From the NCBI GenBank assembly GCA_045863235.1, contig BTUM01000035.1:12019-76018 (forward strand): a DNA stretch of 64,000 bases. Direction: 5' to 3'. The stretch's first letter is position 1. Each line of letters opens with the position of its first letter. The notes below the pieces were generated by a model, which was not told where the DNA came from, searched no databases, and saw nothing but the letters and a program-made list of their open reading frames with translations. Source of the stretch: Candidatus Xenobia bacterium. Lineage in GTDB: Bacteria; Vulcanimicrobiota; Xenobia; Xenobiales; QWHO01. This document shows, piece by piece, positions 40,911 through 50,832 of this stretch. The position numbers and the translations under genes are program-made.

Positions 40911-41654
40911 ATGGCTCTCGGCGGCGCGGTACTCCAGCAACTCAATGCATCGGGAATTACTCCTCCAAGTCGCCAGACGGCTCCCATCACGAACCGCGAC
41001 CGCGACAACGAGGTCAATCGCGGAAAGAAGGCGGACGAGGCCGAGGATAACGGAAATCCGTTTGGCTTCAACGATATCAACAAGCCGGTCGGAGAGCGTC
41101 AGGAGAGTCGCCATCAGAAGGCGCGCGACAGTCGCGTCCAGCAGCCCCGCAGCGAGAGCGTTGCCACCCCGCAAGAGACCCAGACCCGCTCCACCCGCAC
41201 CGCCGAAGAAGGCACACAGCCGGAAGGCACCGCCAAGTTTGCCAAAGAGCAGAAGTTTGCGCGAGCCTGGTCGCAGGATACCCGCTGGATGACCCAGACC
41301 AAGTTCGACAGCAACCAGGCTTCCCAGCCTCGCCTGTCCGACCTGGGCCAGCGCCGCATGCAGGCCTTCTACCTGACCCAGCTGGTCAACGACAACTACC
41401 AGCAGCACACCGGCGGCAAAGCCGACGAGGCCTACAGCCGGGCTCAGTACCGCCAGATTCTCGGGGCGCTCTCCTCGCTCGGCGCCAGCACCACCAAGAC
41501 CACCCGCACCGCCAACGACGGCTCTCGCTCCAGCGAGCCCAACACGGCCGCTTCGCTGGGCCGCAAGATGGGCGATGCCAACCGCGTGCAGCAGATTTTC
41601 GCGCCCCCGCCCCCGACTCCGGCGGATTACGAACCGCTAGAGCTTGTGGCTTAG
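40911..41654 (+). CDS. Hypothetical low-complexity hydrophilic protein
   Basis: AGGAGG RBS, own terminator, plausible codon usage. Confidence 0.7.
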   Translation: MALGGAVLQQLNASGITPPSRQTAPITNRDRDNEVNRGKKADEAEDNGNPFGFNDINKPVGERQESRHQKARDSRVQQPRSESVATPQETQTRSTRTAEEGTQPEGTAKFAKEQKFARAWSQDTRWMTQTKFDSNQASQPRLSDLGQRRMQAFYLTQLVNDNYQQHTGGKADEAYSRAQYRQILGALSSLGASTTKTTRTANDGSRSSEPNTAASLGRKMGDANRVQQIFAPPPPTPADYEPLELVA

Positions 41655-41668
41655 CAGCACACGACCCC

Positions 41669-41693
41669 AAAAGGGCCCCGAAAGGGGCCTTTC
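41669..41693 (+). terminator. Rho-independent terminator (possibly bidirectional)
   Basis: AAAAG-GGCCCC-GAAA-GGGGCC-TTT. Confidence 0.75.
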
Positions 41694-41755
41694 GGTTGTA
41701 CCCGGGAGGTGCCGCAGGAGGAACCCATTTTCTTCCGTCCAAGTACGCCCGGCCC

Positions 41756-43102
41756 ATGAGCCAGGAAATCGAACGTTACCTCCTCACCAATGCCACCGTG
41801 GTCACCCTGGGTCCCGCCAATCGGGTCCTGCAGGGCCATGGGGTGCTCGTTGACGGTGCCGTGGTGTCTCGGCTGGCCCCCAGTCCAGAGCTCGAGGCCG
41901 CCCACCGCGACATTCCCCACGTGGACATGCGGGGGATGGTGGTCATGCCGGGCAACATCAACGCCCACGACCATCTCTACAGTGCCCTGGCTCGGGGCAT
42001 CGCCATGACCGGCGATCCTCCCCAGAACTTCGTTCAGATCCTCGAGCGGCTCTGGTGGCGCCTGGATGCCGCTCTCACCGAGCAAGACGTTTTTTACAGC
42101 GCCTTGCTCGGCTTCGTGGAGGCGGTCAAGCGCGGCACCACCACCATCATCGACCATCACGCCAGCCCCGGCTTCATTGAGGGCAGTCTCGACGCCCTGG
42201 CCAGGGCTGCTCGCCAGGTCGGCCTGAGGGGCTGCTTCTGCTACGAGGTCACCGACCGGCACGGCGAAGAGGGCGCCGAGCTCGGCATTCGCGAGAACCT
42301 GCGTTTTCTCGAGCGCTGCCAGGCCGAGCAAGACCCTTACCTGCGCGGTGCCTTCGGGCTGCACGCCTCGTTCACGGTGAATCCGCTGGCTCTGCAGCGC
42401 AGCCTCGAGCAAGCCCCCGCGGGCACCTTCTTTCACGTGCACGTGGCCGAAGACTACGCTGACGTGGTCCACAGCCACGAGAACTACAAGAAGCCCCCTC
42501 TCCAGCGACTGCTCGAGGAGGGCTTGCAGGATTACCCGGTGCTGGCCGCTCATTGCATCCACCTGGAAGAGCCCGAGTATCGCTGGCTCGAAAGCCACGA
42601 CGTCACCGTGCTCCACAACCCGGAGTCCAACATGAACAACGCCGTGGGGGTGGCCCAGGTGCGGCGTATCCTGGCAGGCGGAGGCCGCGTGTGTCTGGGC
42701 ACCGATGGGATGACCCAGGACATGTTCCAGGAGATCAAAGTGTTGCCCCTGAGCCATCGCCAGAAGGCCCAGCATCCCCAGTCGTTCGGCTACGACGAGA
42801 TCTACCGGGTGGCCTACGAGAACAATCCGGCTCTGGCCGAGCGCTTCTTTGGACTGAAGCTGGGTCGGATCGAGGAGGGCGGGCCGGCCGACCTGATCGC
42901 CCTGAAGTATGACCCGCCCACCCCCTTCCATGGCGACAATTTCATGGGACACCTGCTCTTTGGACTGGGGAGCGCTCCGGTGGACACGACCATCATCGGT
43001 GGTCGGGTGGTGGTGCGCAACGGACAGGTGAGCGGGGTGGATGAGGTTGAGCTGGCGGCCCGCTGCCGAGAGCTGGCCGCGGCCCTGTGGAGTCGCTGGT
43101 AA
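41756..43102 (+). CDS. ssnA: SsnA-like amidohydrolase
   Basis: NAHDHLYSALARG, LWWRLD, TTIIDHHASP, GLHASFT, HVAE, NPESNMNNAVG, GTDG. Confidence 0.85.
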   Translation: MSQEIERYLLTNATVVTLGPANRVLQGHGVLVDGAVVSRLAPSPELEAAHRDIPHVDMRGMVVMPGNINAHDHLYSALARGIAMTGDPPQNFVQILERLWWRLDAALTEQDVFYSALLGFVEAVKRGTTTIIDHHASPGFIEGSLDALARAARQVGLRGCFCYEVTDRHGEEGAELGIRENLRFLERCQAEQDPYLRGAFGLHASFTVNPLALQRSLEQAPAGTFFHVHVAEDYADVVHSHENYKKPPLQRLLEEGLQDYPVLAAHCIHLEEPEYRWLESHDVTVLHNPESNMNNAVGVAQVRRILAGGGRVCLGTDGMTQDMFQEIKVLPLSHRQKAQHPQSFGYDEIYRVAYENNPALAERFFGLKLGRIEEGGPADLIALKYDPPTPFHGDNFMGHLLFGLGSAPVDTTIIGGRVVVRNGQVSGVDEVELAARCRELAAALWSRW

Positions 43103-43129
43103 CGCAATCGAGAAAGGTAGCCTGAGCAC

Positions 43130-44407
43130 ATGCTAGAGCACGTTTGGAAGACCGACCCCGAGGTGGCTCGAGCCATCCTCGCCGAGACCGAGCGCCAGGC
43201 CACGACCCTGGAGATGATCGCCTCGGAGAACTTCGTCAGCGAGGCCGTGCTCGAGGCCTCCGGCAGCGTGCTCACGAACAAGTACGCCGAGGGGTATCCT
43301 GGCAAGCGCTACTACGGTGGCTGCGAGTTCGTGGATGTGTGCGAGGATCTGGCCCGCAAGAGGGCTTGCGAGCTGTTCAAGGCCGACCACGCCAACGTGC
43401 AGCCTCACTCCGGCTCCAGCGCCAACATCGCCGCTTACTACGCCATGATGCAGCACGGCGACACGTTGATGGGCATGTCGCTGGCCCACGGTGGCCACCT
43501 CACCCACGGGCACAAGGTCAACTTCTCGGGCACTCACTTCAAGATCGTGCAGTACGAGGTGCATCCCGAGACCGAGTTGATCGACTACGACCAGGTTCGC
43601 TCGCTGGCGCGTGAGCACAAGCCCAAAGTTCTTCTGGCCGGCTGGAGCGCATACTCGCGCCAGATCGACTTCAAGATCTTCCGCGAGATCGCCGACGAGG
43701 TCGGCGCCTTCTTCATGGTCGACATGGCTCACTTTGCGGGGCTGGTGGTGGCCGGCCTGCACGGCAACCCCGTCGAGTATTCCGACGTGGTCACCACGAC
43801 GACCCATAAGACCCTGCGGGGTCCGCGTGGGGGCATGATCCTTTGCCGGGAGAAACTGGCCAAGGAGGTCGACAAGCGGATGTTCCCCGGCTACCAGGGC
43901 GGACCCCTTGAGCATGTGATCGCGGCCAAGGCGGTGGCCTTCAAAGAGGCCATGAGTGAGGAGTTCAAAGTTTACCAGCGTCAGATCGTCGCCAATGCGC
44001 GGGCTCTGGCGAAGGCTCTGGCCGAGGGTGGAGCCCGTATCGTGTCGGGAGGCACCGACACCCACCTGATGCTCGTCGACGTCACCCCGCTCGGGTTGAC
44101 CGGCCAGACCGCCGAGCACGCCCTCGGGACCGCCGGCATCACGGCCAACAAGAACGCCATTCCCTTTGACAAGAACCCTCCCGCGGTGGCCAGCGGGATC
44201 CGACTTGGAACTCCGGCCCTGACCACACGAGGATTGAAGGAACCTCAAATGGAACAGATCGCGGAGTGGATCCTGGAAGTCCTCAAGGCTCCCCAGGATG
44301 AGGCCAGATTGCGCGACATACGGGGGCGAGTCCTGCGCTTGTGCGAAGAGTTTCCGCTCTATCGCGACCGCCTGGAGCGCAGCCGAGAAGCGGGAGTGAC
44401 TGCGTGA
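43130..44407 (+). CDS. glyA: Serine hydroxymethyltransferase
   Basis: [41 protein letters not shown]. Confidence 0.98.
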   Translation: MLEHVWKTDPEVARAILAETERQATTLEMIASENFVSEAVLEASGSVLTNKYAEGYPGKRYYGGCEFVDVCEDLARKRACELFKADHANVQPHSGSSANIAAYYAMMQHGDTLMGMSLAHGGHLTHGHKVNFSGTHFKIVQYEVHPETELIDYDQVRSLAREHKPKVLLAGWSAYSRQIDFKIFREIADEVGAFFMVDMAHFAGLVVAGLHGNPVEYSDVVTTTTHKTLRGPRGGMILCREKLAKEVDKRMFPGYQGGPLEHVIAAKAVAFKEAMSEEFKVYQRQIVANARALAKALAEGGARIVSGGTDTHLMLVDVTPLGLTGQTAEHALGTAGITANKNAIPFDKNPPAVASGIRLGTPALTTRGLKEPQMEQIAEWILEVLKAPQDEARLRDIRGRVLRLCEEFPLYRDRLERSREAGVTA

Positions 44408-45744
44408 GCGAAGAGGAAGAGGGCAAGAAGTCCGAGGCGGAAGACGGGGTCGAACGGGTGGAGGACGATGCCGAGGAGGCCAGGGACTCCGGTTCCTCCG
44501 AGGGTGGGGAGAGCGAGCCCTCGGACGAGCCCGTAGAGGACCGGGGCGAGGTCAAGGCCGACGACTCGAAATCGGTCGAGCCCGGGGGCGAGGGCCGGGC
44601 CGGTGGCTCACAATCGGATGAGCCCGAGGGCGACCGCTCGAAGTCGGATGAGCCCGGCCCGAGCGCAGCCGAGGGCTCGAAGTCAGACGAGCCCGGGGCC
44701 GAGAGCGCGAGGTCAGATGAGCCCGGTTCCGACGACTCGGAGTCGGGACGCGAGAGCAAGTCAGACGAGGACGGCGGCGACCTCCTGCTCGAGGAGGAAG
44801 TTTCCGACGAAGAGGTGGCACGCATCCTCGAGGATACCGATCTTGGCGATCTCGAGTTGGAGACCCCCCTGGCTCCTGACCCGGAAGTGGAGAAGCTCCT
44901 GGCTCCCGAGCCTCTGCTACCCTCGGAGGATCCGGTGGTCGACCTGCTGGCCGAGAGCGCTGACATCGACCTTCCCGCCCGCCCCAGCGATGGACTGGAG
45001 ATGTTCGAGCCCTCGGCCGAGCCTCACACCGGCCCCGAGCGACGGCGCGGAGAGCGCAAGATCTCCAAGCTCAACAAGCTGCTCACGGGCCAGGTGGATC
45101 TGGGTGAGGGCGATCAGATGGTCTACCTCTATCTGGTCGACCTTTCCGAGGGTGGCATGCGGGTCAACGTCGATCAGAACTTCCCCGAGGGACAGACCTT
45201 CCGGATGAAGCTGGGGTTGGAGTCCTTTGGCTCCGAGCTGGGCCAGGGCGGCGTTCTCGACCTTCCCCTCCAGGTGGTCTGGCAGAAGCGCCTGGTGGGA
45301 GGGATGACGGTGGCCGGCCTGAAGTTCGTCGAGCCCACCGAGGAAGCGCGAGAGGCTGTCAAGCAGATCATGGAGTTGTTCTCGGTGGAGGGCAAGCGCC
45401 GCCGCTTCCGACTCAACCGGGTGCTCGGCGTGGGAATCGGGTTGGACGAGAACACCCGCTGGCTCTATCCTCTGGCGCTCGACCTGTCGGTGGGGGGCAT
45501 GCGCATTCGTACCGAGGAGAACCTGGTGGTGGGCGACGAGTTGACGCTCAAGATTTTCCTGCAGTTCGACCTGCCGGTGGTCAACGTCAATGCCAAAGTG
45601 GTCTGGAAGGAAGAGGTTCAGGCCAACCGGTTCCAGATCGGCCTGGAGTTTCAGAATGTCACTGAGGATGTGGCCCGACCGGTGCAGGAGTATATCGACC
45701 GCTGCCTGGCTGAGGAGATGGGTAAAGCCGGGACTCTCAAGTAG
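44404..45744 (+). CDS. Tandem-PilZ protein with long acidic repetitive N-terminus
   Basis: ERRRGER...DLSEGG and KRRRFR...DLSVGG; GTGA overlap with glyA. Confidence 0.82.
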   Translation: MSEEEEGKKSEAEDGVERVEDDAEEARDSGSSEGGESEPSDEPVEDRGEVKADDSKSVEPGGEGRAGGSQSDEPEGDRSKSDEPGPSAAEGSKSDEPGAESARSDEPGSDDSESGRESKSDEDGGDLLLEEEVSDEEVARILEDTDLGDLELETPLAPDPEVEKLLAPEPLLPSEDPVVDLLAESADIDLPARPSDGLEMFEPSAEPHTGPERRRGERKISKLNKLLTGQVDLGEGDQMVYLYLVDLSEGGMRVNVDQNFPEGQTFRMKLGLESFGSELGQGGVLDLPLQVVWQKRLVGGMTVAGLKFVEPTEEAREAVKQIMELFSVEGKRRRFRLNRVLGVGIGLDENTRWLYPLALDLSVGGMRIRTEENLVVGDELTLKIFLQFDLPVVNVNAKVVWKEEVQANRFQIGLEFQNVTEDVARPVQEYIDRCLAEEMGKAGTLK

Positions 45745-45777
45745 GACTGCGCTCAATTCAGGAATGGGAGACATTGC

Positions 45778-46719
45778 ATGCCCGGTATAGCTGTCGTGGC
45801 CGTGGGGGGGAACTCACTGATCAAGGACAGCGCTCATCAGAGCATACCCCACCAGTATCTGGCCGTCGTGGAGACGGCCCGGCACATCGCCGACATGGTC
45901 CAGGCCGGTTGGGAGGTGGTGGTTACCCACGGAAACGGGCCCCAGGTAGGATTCATCCTGCTGCGGAGCGAGCTGGCCCGAGGCAAGGTGCACCCCGTTC
46001 CGCTGGATGTTTGCGGCGCCGATACCCAGGGGGCCATCGGCTACCATCTCCAGCAGGCACTGCGCAACGTGTTCCTGGAACGGGGAATGACCAAATCGGC
46101 CATCACGCTGGTGACCCAGACGGTGGTCGACCCGCAAGACCCGGCCTTTCAGAAGCCCAGCAAGCCCATCGGTCCTTTCATGACCGAGGAGGAGGCCCAC
46201 CGCCGCGAGCAAGAGGAAGGGTGGGCAGTGGTGGAGGATGCCGGGCGCGGCTGGCGCCGGGTGGTGGCCAGCCCCAAGCCTCGCGAGATCGTGGAGCTCG
46301 ATGCCATCAACACGATGATCGGGGCCGGCTTTCTGGTCATCGCGGTGGGCGGCGGAGGGATCCCGGTCGTGCCGAACTCAGACGGGGCTCTGGAAGGGGT
46401 GGCGGCCGTGATCGACAAGGACCTGGCCTCCAGCCTGCTCGCTCAGCAGCTCAAGGCGGACCTGTTTGTCATCTCGACCGCCGTCGAGAAGGTGTGCTTG
46501 CGCTTTGGCACCCCGGAGCAGGAGGAGCTGAGCCAGCTCACGGCCGCTCAAGCCCGTCAGTATCTCGAGGAGGGCCACTTCAAGGCCGGCAGCATGAAGC
46601 CCAAGGTGGAGGCTGTGCTGGCCTATCTGGACGCCAACGGAAAGAAGGCCCTCATCACCAACCCTGAGAATCTCAAGCGGGCTCTCGGGGGGGAAACGGG
46701 TACCCACTTCTCGGCCTGA
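45778..46719 (+). CDS. arcC: Carbamate kinase
   Basis: VAVGGNSL, THGNGPQVG, TQGAIGY, PSKPIGPF, WRRVVASP, VIDKD, GSMKPKV. Confidence 0.95.
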   Translation: MPGIAVVAVGGNSLIKDSAHQSIPHQYLAVVETARHIADMVQAGWEVVVTHGNGPQVGFILLRSELARGKVHPVPLDVCGADTQGAIGYHLQQALRNVFLERGMTKSAITLVTQTVVDPQDPAFQKPSKPIGPFMTEEEAHRREQEEGWAVVEDAGRGWRRVVASPKPREIVELDAINTMIGAGFLVIAVGGGGIPVVPNSDGALEGVAAVIDKDLASSLLAQQLKADLFVISTAVEKVCLRFGTPEQEELSQLTAAQARQYLEEGHFKAGSMKPKVEAVLAYLDANGKKALITNPENLKRALGGETGTHFSA

Positions 46720-46755
46720 ACCTGCTATAATGAACCGGTACCGCGCCTTCAGGGG

Positions 46756-49407
46756 GTGGCTTTGTCTGACGACAACCGGATTGGAAATGGTCGAGGCTCC
46801 GAGCGCTCTGAGCGCTCGGAGCGCTCGCGCGGGTCCCGGTCGGCCAGGGAGAACGGCCGGGCCGAACGGACCACCGGCTCCACCGTTCCCAACATGCGCA
46901 GCCTCTTCTTCCATGATGCCGACCGGATGATGGTGCTTCAGGATGCGCGCACCTCCAATCAGGAGATCTTCCAGGGCTGGAGCCGAGCTGCGGGTGATGA
47001 GAACCGAGGCCCCGGGCGCTCCGAAGACGCTCCCGGACAGAATCGGGGGGCGGGCCGCTCAGACGACGATCGGGGGGAGAATCGGGGCCCGGGACGCTCA
47101 GACGACCGCGGGGAGAATCGGGGCCCGGGACGCTCGGAAGACGCCCCCGGCCAGAATCGGGGGCCCGGACGGTCCGACGACGACCGGGGCGAAAATCGAG
47201 GGCCGAGCCGCTCAGACGACCGGGGCCCGGGCCGCTCCGAGGAGGCGCCCGGTCAGAATCGGGCGCCCAATCGCCCGGATAGCGACGACCGTGGGTCGAG
47301 GCGCTCGGAGGACGACCGGGGTGAAAATCGAGGACCCAACCGCTCGGATGACGACAGGGGCGCACGCCGAACTGACGAGAGCCGCCAGACTCGCCGAACC
47401 GAGGAGAGCGAGCGGCGCGAGCCGCCCGGTCAGGCCAAGAAGAACGATGAGTCTCGCCGCGAGGAGAACCGTCTGCGCACCGATGGTCCCGGCCACAGCG
47501 AGGATGCACCGGGGCAGGCCCGCAAGCGAGAGGGCCCGGAGGAGCGCAGTTCGCTGATGGAGCGGATCCGTGAGGCCATGCGCAAAGAGGAGACCCGCCG
47601 CCAGGAGCCGGCAGAGCCGGCCCGGCGCGACCCTCCCCAGAACCAGCAAAGCGAGCCCCGGCGACCGGCCCAGGCCCAACCCGAGCCACCGCGTAAGGCC
47701 CCCCTCCCGGCTCAGCCCGAGCCCCCGCGCAAGCAGCCCGCGGCCGAGACGATGCGCCGCCCGCCCGACGAGCCCGTGCGCAAGATTCCGGTCGTGGTCT
47801 CGGCTCCGGTCCATCAGCCCGTGCGCAAGCCCGAGACCCAGGCGGGTGCTGCTGTCCCCGAGCAGCCCACGCCGACCCCTCCTCAACCGGCCTCGCGAGC
47901 ACTCTACAAGCGGCTCGACGCGCCCCCCCGGCTGCCCGAGCAGAGTACCGCGCCGACCGCCCGGGTGAATTCGCCGCAGGTTCCACAGGAGAGCCGCCTG
48001 CCGACCCCCCAGGCACGTCTCCCCGAGCTGCCGCGAGCCCCCCGGGGCGAGCAGCCGATGACGCCCGCCCCCACACCCGCGGTGCGGGCCGATCGGCCGG
48101 CACCGCAGCGGGTGGATCCGGCGCCTTCGCACGCGACCGTGGTCTCGCGCAGCTCGGCCGAAGGGGCGGGCACCCAGAGCGGCGGCCAGCAGGAGTCCGA
48201 GGGTCGGGCGCGGCCCACTGAGATCGCTCGGCTCTCAGCCCCGGTCGTGCGTGAGAATCGCTTGCTGAGTCGTTTCCTGCTGCCGGGCCGGGCCGAGCTC
48301 GAGGAAGAGCTGGAGGCTCTCAAGAACTCCCCCCGCGTCGAGTCGATCAGCAAGCGCAACCGCGGCGGCCAGGGTGGGGGAGGGGGGCAGCAGTCCTCGG
48401 GTCAGTCCGCCGGCCAGGCCTCCGGGGGGCCGGCGGCCGAAGTGGGCCTGGAGGTGGTCGATCCGCACACAGGCCTGCCCAGAATGTTGATCCGTCCGGG
48501 CCTGCAGCCGATTTTGCCTCAGCTCGAGCAGCTCTTTTCCACGGCCGGTCTGGCCTATGCCGCTGACACTGAGGATACGCCAGAGTTCATGCGCTCCTAC
48601 TGGATCGCCATGGCCTGGCTCAGCCAGCATCAAGAACAGCACGGCTTGAACGAGCGGATGTGCTACTTCGGCGCGGCCATGTTCGAGGGGATGCAGGGTT
48701 GGCGCCGCAAGGGCCAGGTCAGCGAAGAGCAGGTGGTCAACCGGCTGCTGGCCATGCTGGCCGAGGAGGGGGGCTTTCTTGGCGAGCACTCGCTGCGGGT
48801 CATGACCTTCGCCGACGCTGTCTGCGAAGACCTGAACGTCCAGGACCCGGCCATCCGCGAGCAGGTTCGCTCGGGAGCCCTGCTGCGCGATCTGGGCATG
48901 GCGGGGCTGGATTACCGACAGCTTCCCCCGATGCTCTCCGAGCAGTTCAACGGACTTCGAAGCTCCGGAGACCTGCACATGGCCGGTCGCCTGGCGGATA
49001 TTGGAGCTCTGCGCGTGCCGGCCGAGATCCGCAACAAACCCGGGCCTCTGAATGCCGAGGAGCGGGCTCTGATGGAGAAGCATCCCGAATTTGGTGAGCA
49101 GTTCCTGGCCCGCTTTCCGCCCTTCCGCCACCTGGGCCCCATCGTGCGGGCTCATCATGAGCGCTGGGACGGGCGGGGATACCCGGACGGACTGATGGGT
49201 CGGCGCATCCCCATGGCCGCGCGCATCATCGCCGTTTCGGATGTCTTCGACGCCCTCACCAGCGAGCGCCCCTGGCGTGAAGCCTGGAGCTACGAGCGCG
49301 CGGTCAGTGCCATCCAGGAGGGGGCGGGTACCCAGTTCGACCCGGAGGTGGTCCGGGCATTCCTGAGAACGAGCCGCCGCCTGAAGGCGGGCGGATACCT
49401 CGACTGA
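46756..49407 (+). CDS. HD-GYP domain protein (degenerate HD) with repetitive disordered N-terminus
   Basis: EHSLRV, KHPEFG, HHERWDGRGYPDGL, IIAVSDVFDALTSERP; extended -10 TGCTATAAT upstream. Confidence 0.82.
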   Translation: MALSDDNRIGNGRGSERSERSERSRGSRSARENGRAERTTGSTVPNMRSLFFHDADRMMVLQDARTSNQEIFQGWSRAAGDENRGPGRSEDAPGQNRGAGRSDDDRGENRGPGRSDDRGENRGPGRSEDAPGQNRGPGRSDDDRGENRGPSRSDDRGPGRSEEAPGQNRAPNRPDSDDRGSRRSEDDRGENRGPNRSDDDRGARRTDESRQTRRTEESERREPPGQAKKNDESRREENRLRTDGPGHSEDAPGQARKREGPEERSSLMERIREAMRKEETRRQEPAEPARRDPPQNQQSEPRRPAQAQPEPPRKAPLPAQPEPPRKQPAAETMRRPPDEPVRKIPVVVSAPVHQPVRKPETQAGAAVPEQPTPTPPQPASRALYKRLDAPPRLPEQSTAPTARVNSPQVPQESRLPTPQARLPELPRAPRGEQPMTPAPTPAVRADRPAPQRVDPAPSHATVVSRSSAEGAGTQSGGQQESEGRARPTEIARLSAPVVRENRLLSRFLLPGRAELEEELEALKNSPRVESISKRNRGGQGGGGGQQSSGQSAGQASGGPAAEVGLEVVDPHTGLPRMLIRPGLQPILPQLEQLFSTAGLAYAADTEDTPEFMRSYWIAMAWLSQHQEQHGLNERMCYFGAAMFEGMQGWRRKGQVSEEQVVNRLLAMLAEEGGFLGEHSLRVMTFADAVCEDLNVQDPAIREQVRSGALLRDLGMAGLDYRQLPPMLSEQFNGLRSSGDLHMAGRLADIGALRVPAEIRNKPGPLNAEERALMEKHPEFGEQFLARFPPFRHLGPIVRAHHERWDGRGYPDGLMGRRIPMAARIIAVSDVFDALTSERPWREAWSYERAVSAIQEGAGTQFDPEVVRAFLRTSRRLKAGGYLD
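46996..47360 (+). repeat. Intragenic tandem repeat (about 10 units, NRGPGRS-type)
   Basis: In-frame degenerate units, mostly 36-39 bp. Confidence 0.85.
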
Positions 49408-49529
49408 CGGGAAGAAACCTCCTCCTCCTCGCGACCTGGAGAAGCGTGGAGTGAACCTGCGCCGGACAGGCAAGTCCTTCATCATAGAACGCTCCACAGT
49501 ATGAAACGCAGTTCATTCGGGAGGAACCC

Positions 49530-50672
49530 ATGAAGAAGCATTTTCTCTGCGCCGCCTTGAGTGGTGCTTTGCTGGCCTCGCTGGCTACCCAGCCGGGCCT
49601 GGCCAAGCGCGACGAGCCGGGCGGCTCGCGCGATACCATCCAACTGGCTCTGTTGCTGGATACCTCCAACAGCATGGACGGCCTGATCGATCAGGCCAAG
49701 AGCCAGCTGTGGAAAGTCGTCAACGAGTTCTCGGAGATGAAGAAGGATGGCAAGGTCCCTCGCCTGGAGGTGGCCCTGTATCAATACGGCAACGACGGCC
49801 TGAACGCCCGGGAGGGCTACGTGCAGCAGGTGGTGCCTTTCACCACCGACCTGGACAGGGTCTCCGAGCATCTCTTCAAGCTCAAGACCAACGGCGGCGA
49901 GGAGTATTGCGGCTGGGTCATGCGCTCGGCCCTGAAACAGCTCTCCTGGAGCGACAAGCCCAAAGACATCCGGGTGATGTTCATCGCCGGCAACGAGCCC
50001 TTCAACCAGGGCACGGTCAACTACAAGGAAGTCTGCGCTTCTGCCCGCCAGAAGGACGTGCTCGTCAACACCATCTTCTGCGGGCCGCGCGGTGAAGGCG
50101 TGGAGACCGCCTGGTCGGATGGCGCCAAGCTGGGCGGGGGCGATTACCTGTGCATCGATCAGGACCGCAAGGTGGTCGATATCCCCACCCCCTATGACGC
50201 CGAACTGGCCGCCCTCAGCACAAAGGTCAATGATACCTACGTCGCCTACGGCGACCGCGGGGGCGCCGGCCGGGCCCGCCAGGAAGAGCAGGACAAGAAC
50301 GCCGCCGCCGCTGCACCCTCGGTTGCCGCTCAGCGGGCCAACACCAAGGCCGGGGCCAACTACAGCAACGCCGGCTGGGACCTGGTCGACGCCAGTCGCG
50401 AGGGCGAGGTGGACGTGCGCAAAGTTCCCAAAGACCAGCTGCCGGCCGAGATGCAGTCCATGAACGAGGCCGAGCGGGCGGCCTACGTCGAGAAGAAGTC
50501 CAAGGAGCGTTCGGCCCTGCAGGCTCGTATTCGCGAGCTCTCGGCCAAGCGCGACGCCTTCCTGGCCGAGAAGCAGAAGGCCGCTTCAGGCGCGGAAACG
50601 CTGGACGAGGCGATGATCAAGGCTGTGCGCACCGAGGCCGTCAAGCGCGGCTACACCGTTCCCAAAACCTGA
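49530..50672 (+). CDS. Secreted vWA-domain protein
   Basis: Signal peptide, MIDAS LLDTSNSM, GGEEYCG, FIAGNEPF, WDLVDA; GGAGG RBS. Confidence 0.85.
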   Translation: MKKHFLCAALSGALLASLATQPGLAKRDEPGGSRDTIQLALLLDTSNSMDGLIDQAKSQLWKVVNEFSEMKKDGKVPRLEVALYQYGNDGLNAREGYVQQVVPFTTDLDRVSEHLFKLKTNGGEEYCGWVMRSALKQLSWSDKPKDIRVMFIAGNEPFNQGTVNYKEVCASARQKDVLVNTIFCGPRGEGVETAWSDGAKLGGGDYLCIDQDRKVVDIPTPYDAELAALSTKVNDTYVAYGDRGGAGRARQEEQDKNAAAAAPSVAAQRANTKAGANYSNAGWDLVDASREGEVDVRKVPKDQLPAEMQSMNEAERAAYVEKKSKERSALQARIRELSAKRDAFLAEKQKAASGAETLDEAMIKAVRTEAVKRGYTVPKT

Positions 50673-50683
50673 GAGTCAGCCCG

Positions 50684-50744
50684 GTCGCAACATCTGGTGG
50701 GGGCGGTTGAGATACGCCCTCCCGCCACCACAGGATGTTGCGGC
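50684..50744. terminator. Long intergenic hairpin between convergent genes
   Basis: GTCGCAACATC...TGGTGG pairs with CCACCA...GATGTTGCGGC. Confidence 0.5.
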
Positions 50745-50832
50745 AGAGAACCTCCGCGCTCTAGCAGGCTGATACAAAACCGGTTGTGGTGTCGAAGCGT
50801 TGAGCGCAAGATGATGCAAAAGCCCTCTTTGA

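Noticed and set aside
46996..47360. CRISPR-like periodicity
   Set aside because: Degenerate, in-frame coding repeats without unique spacers.
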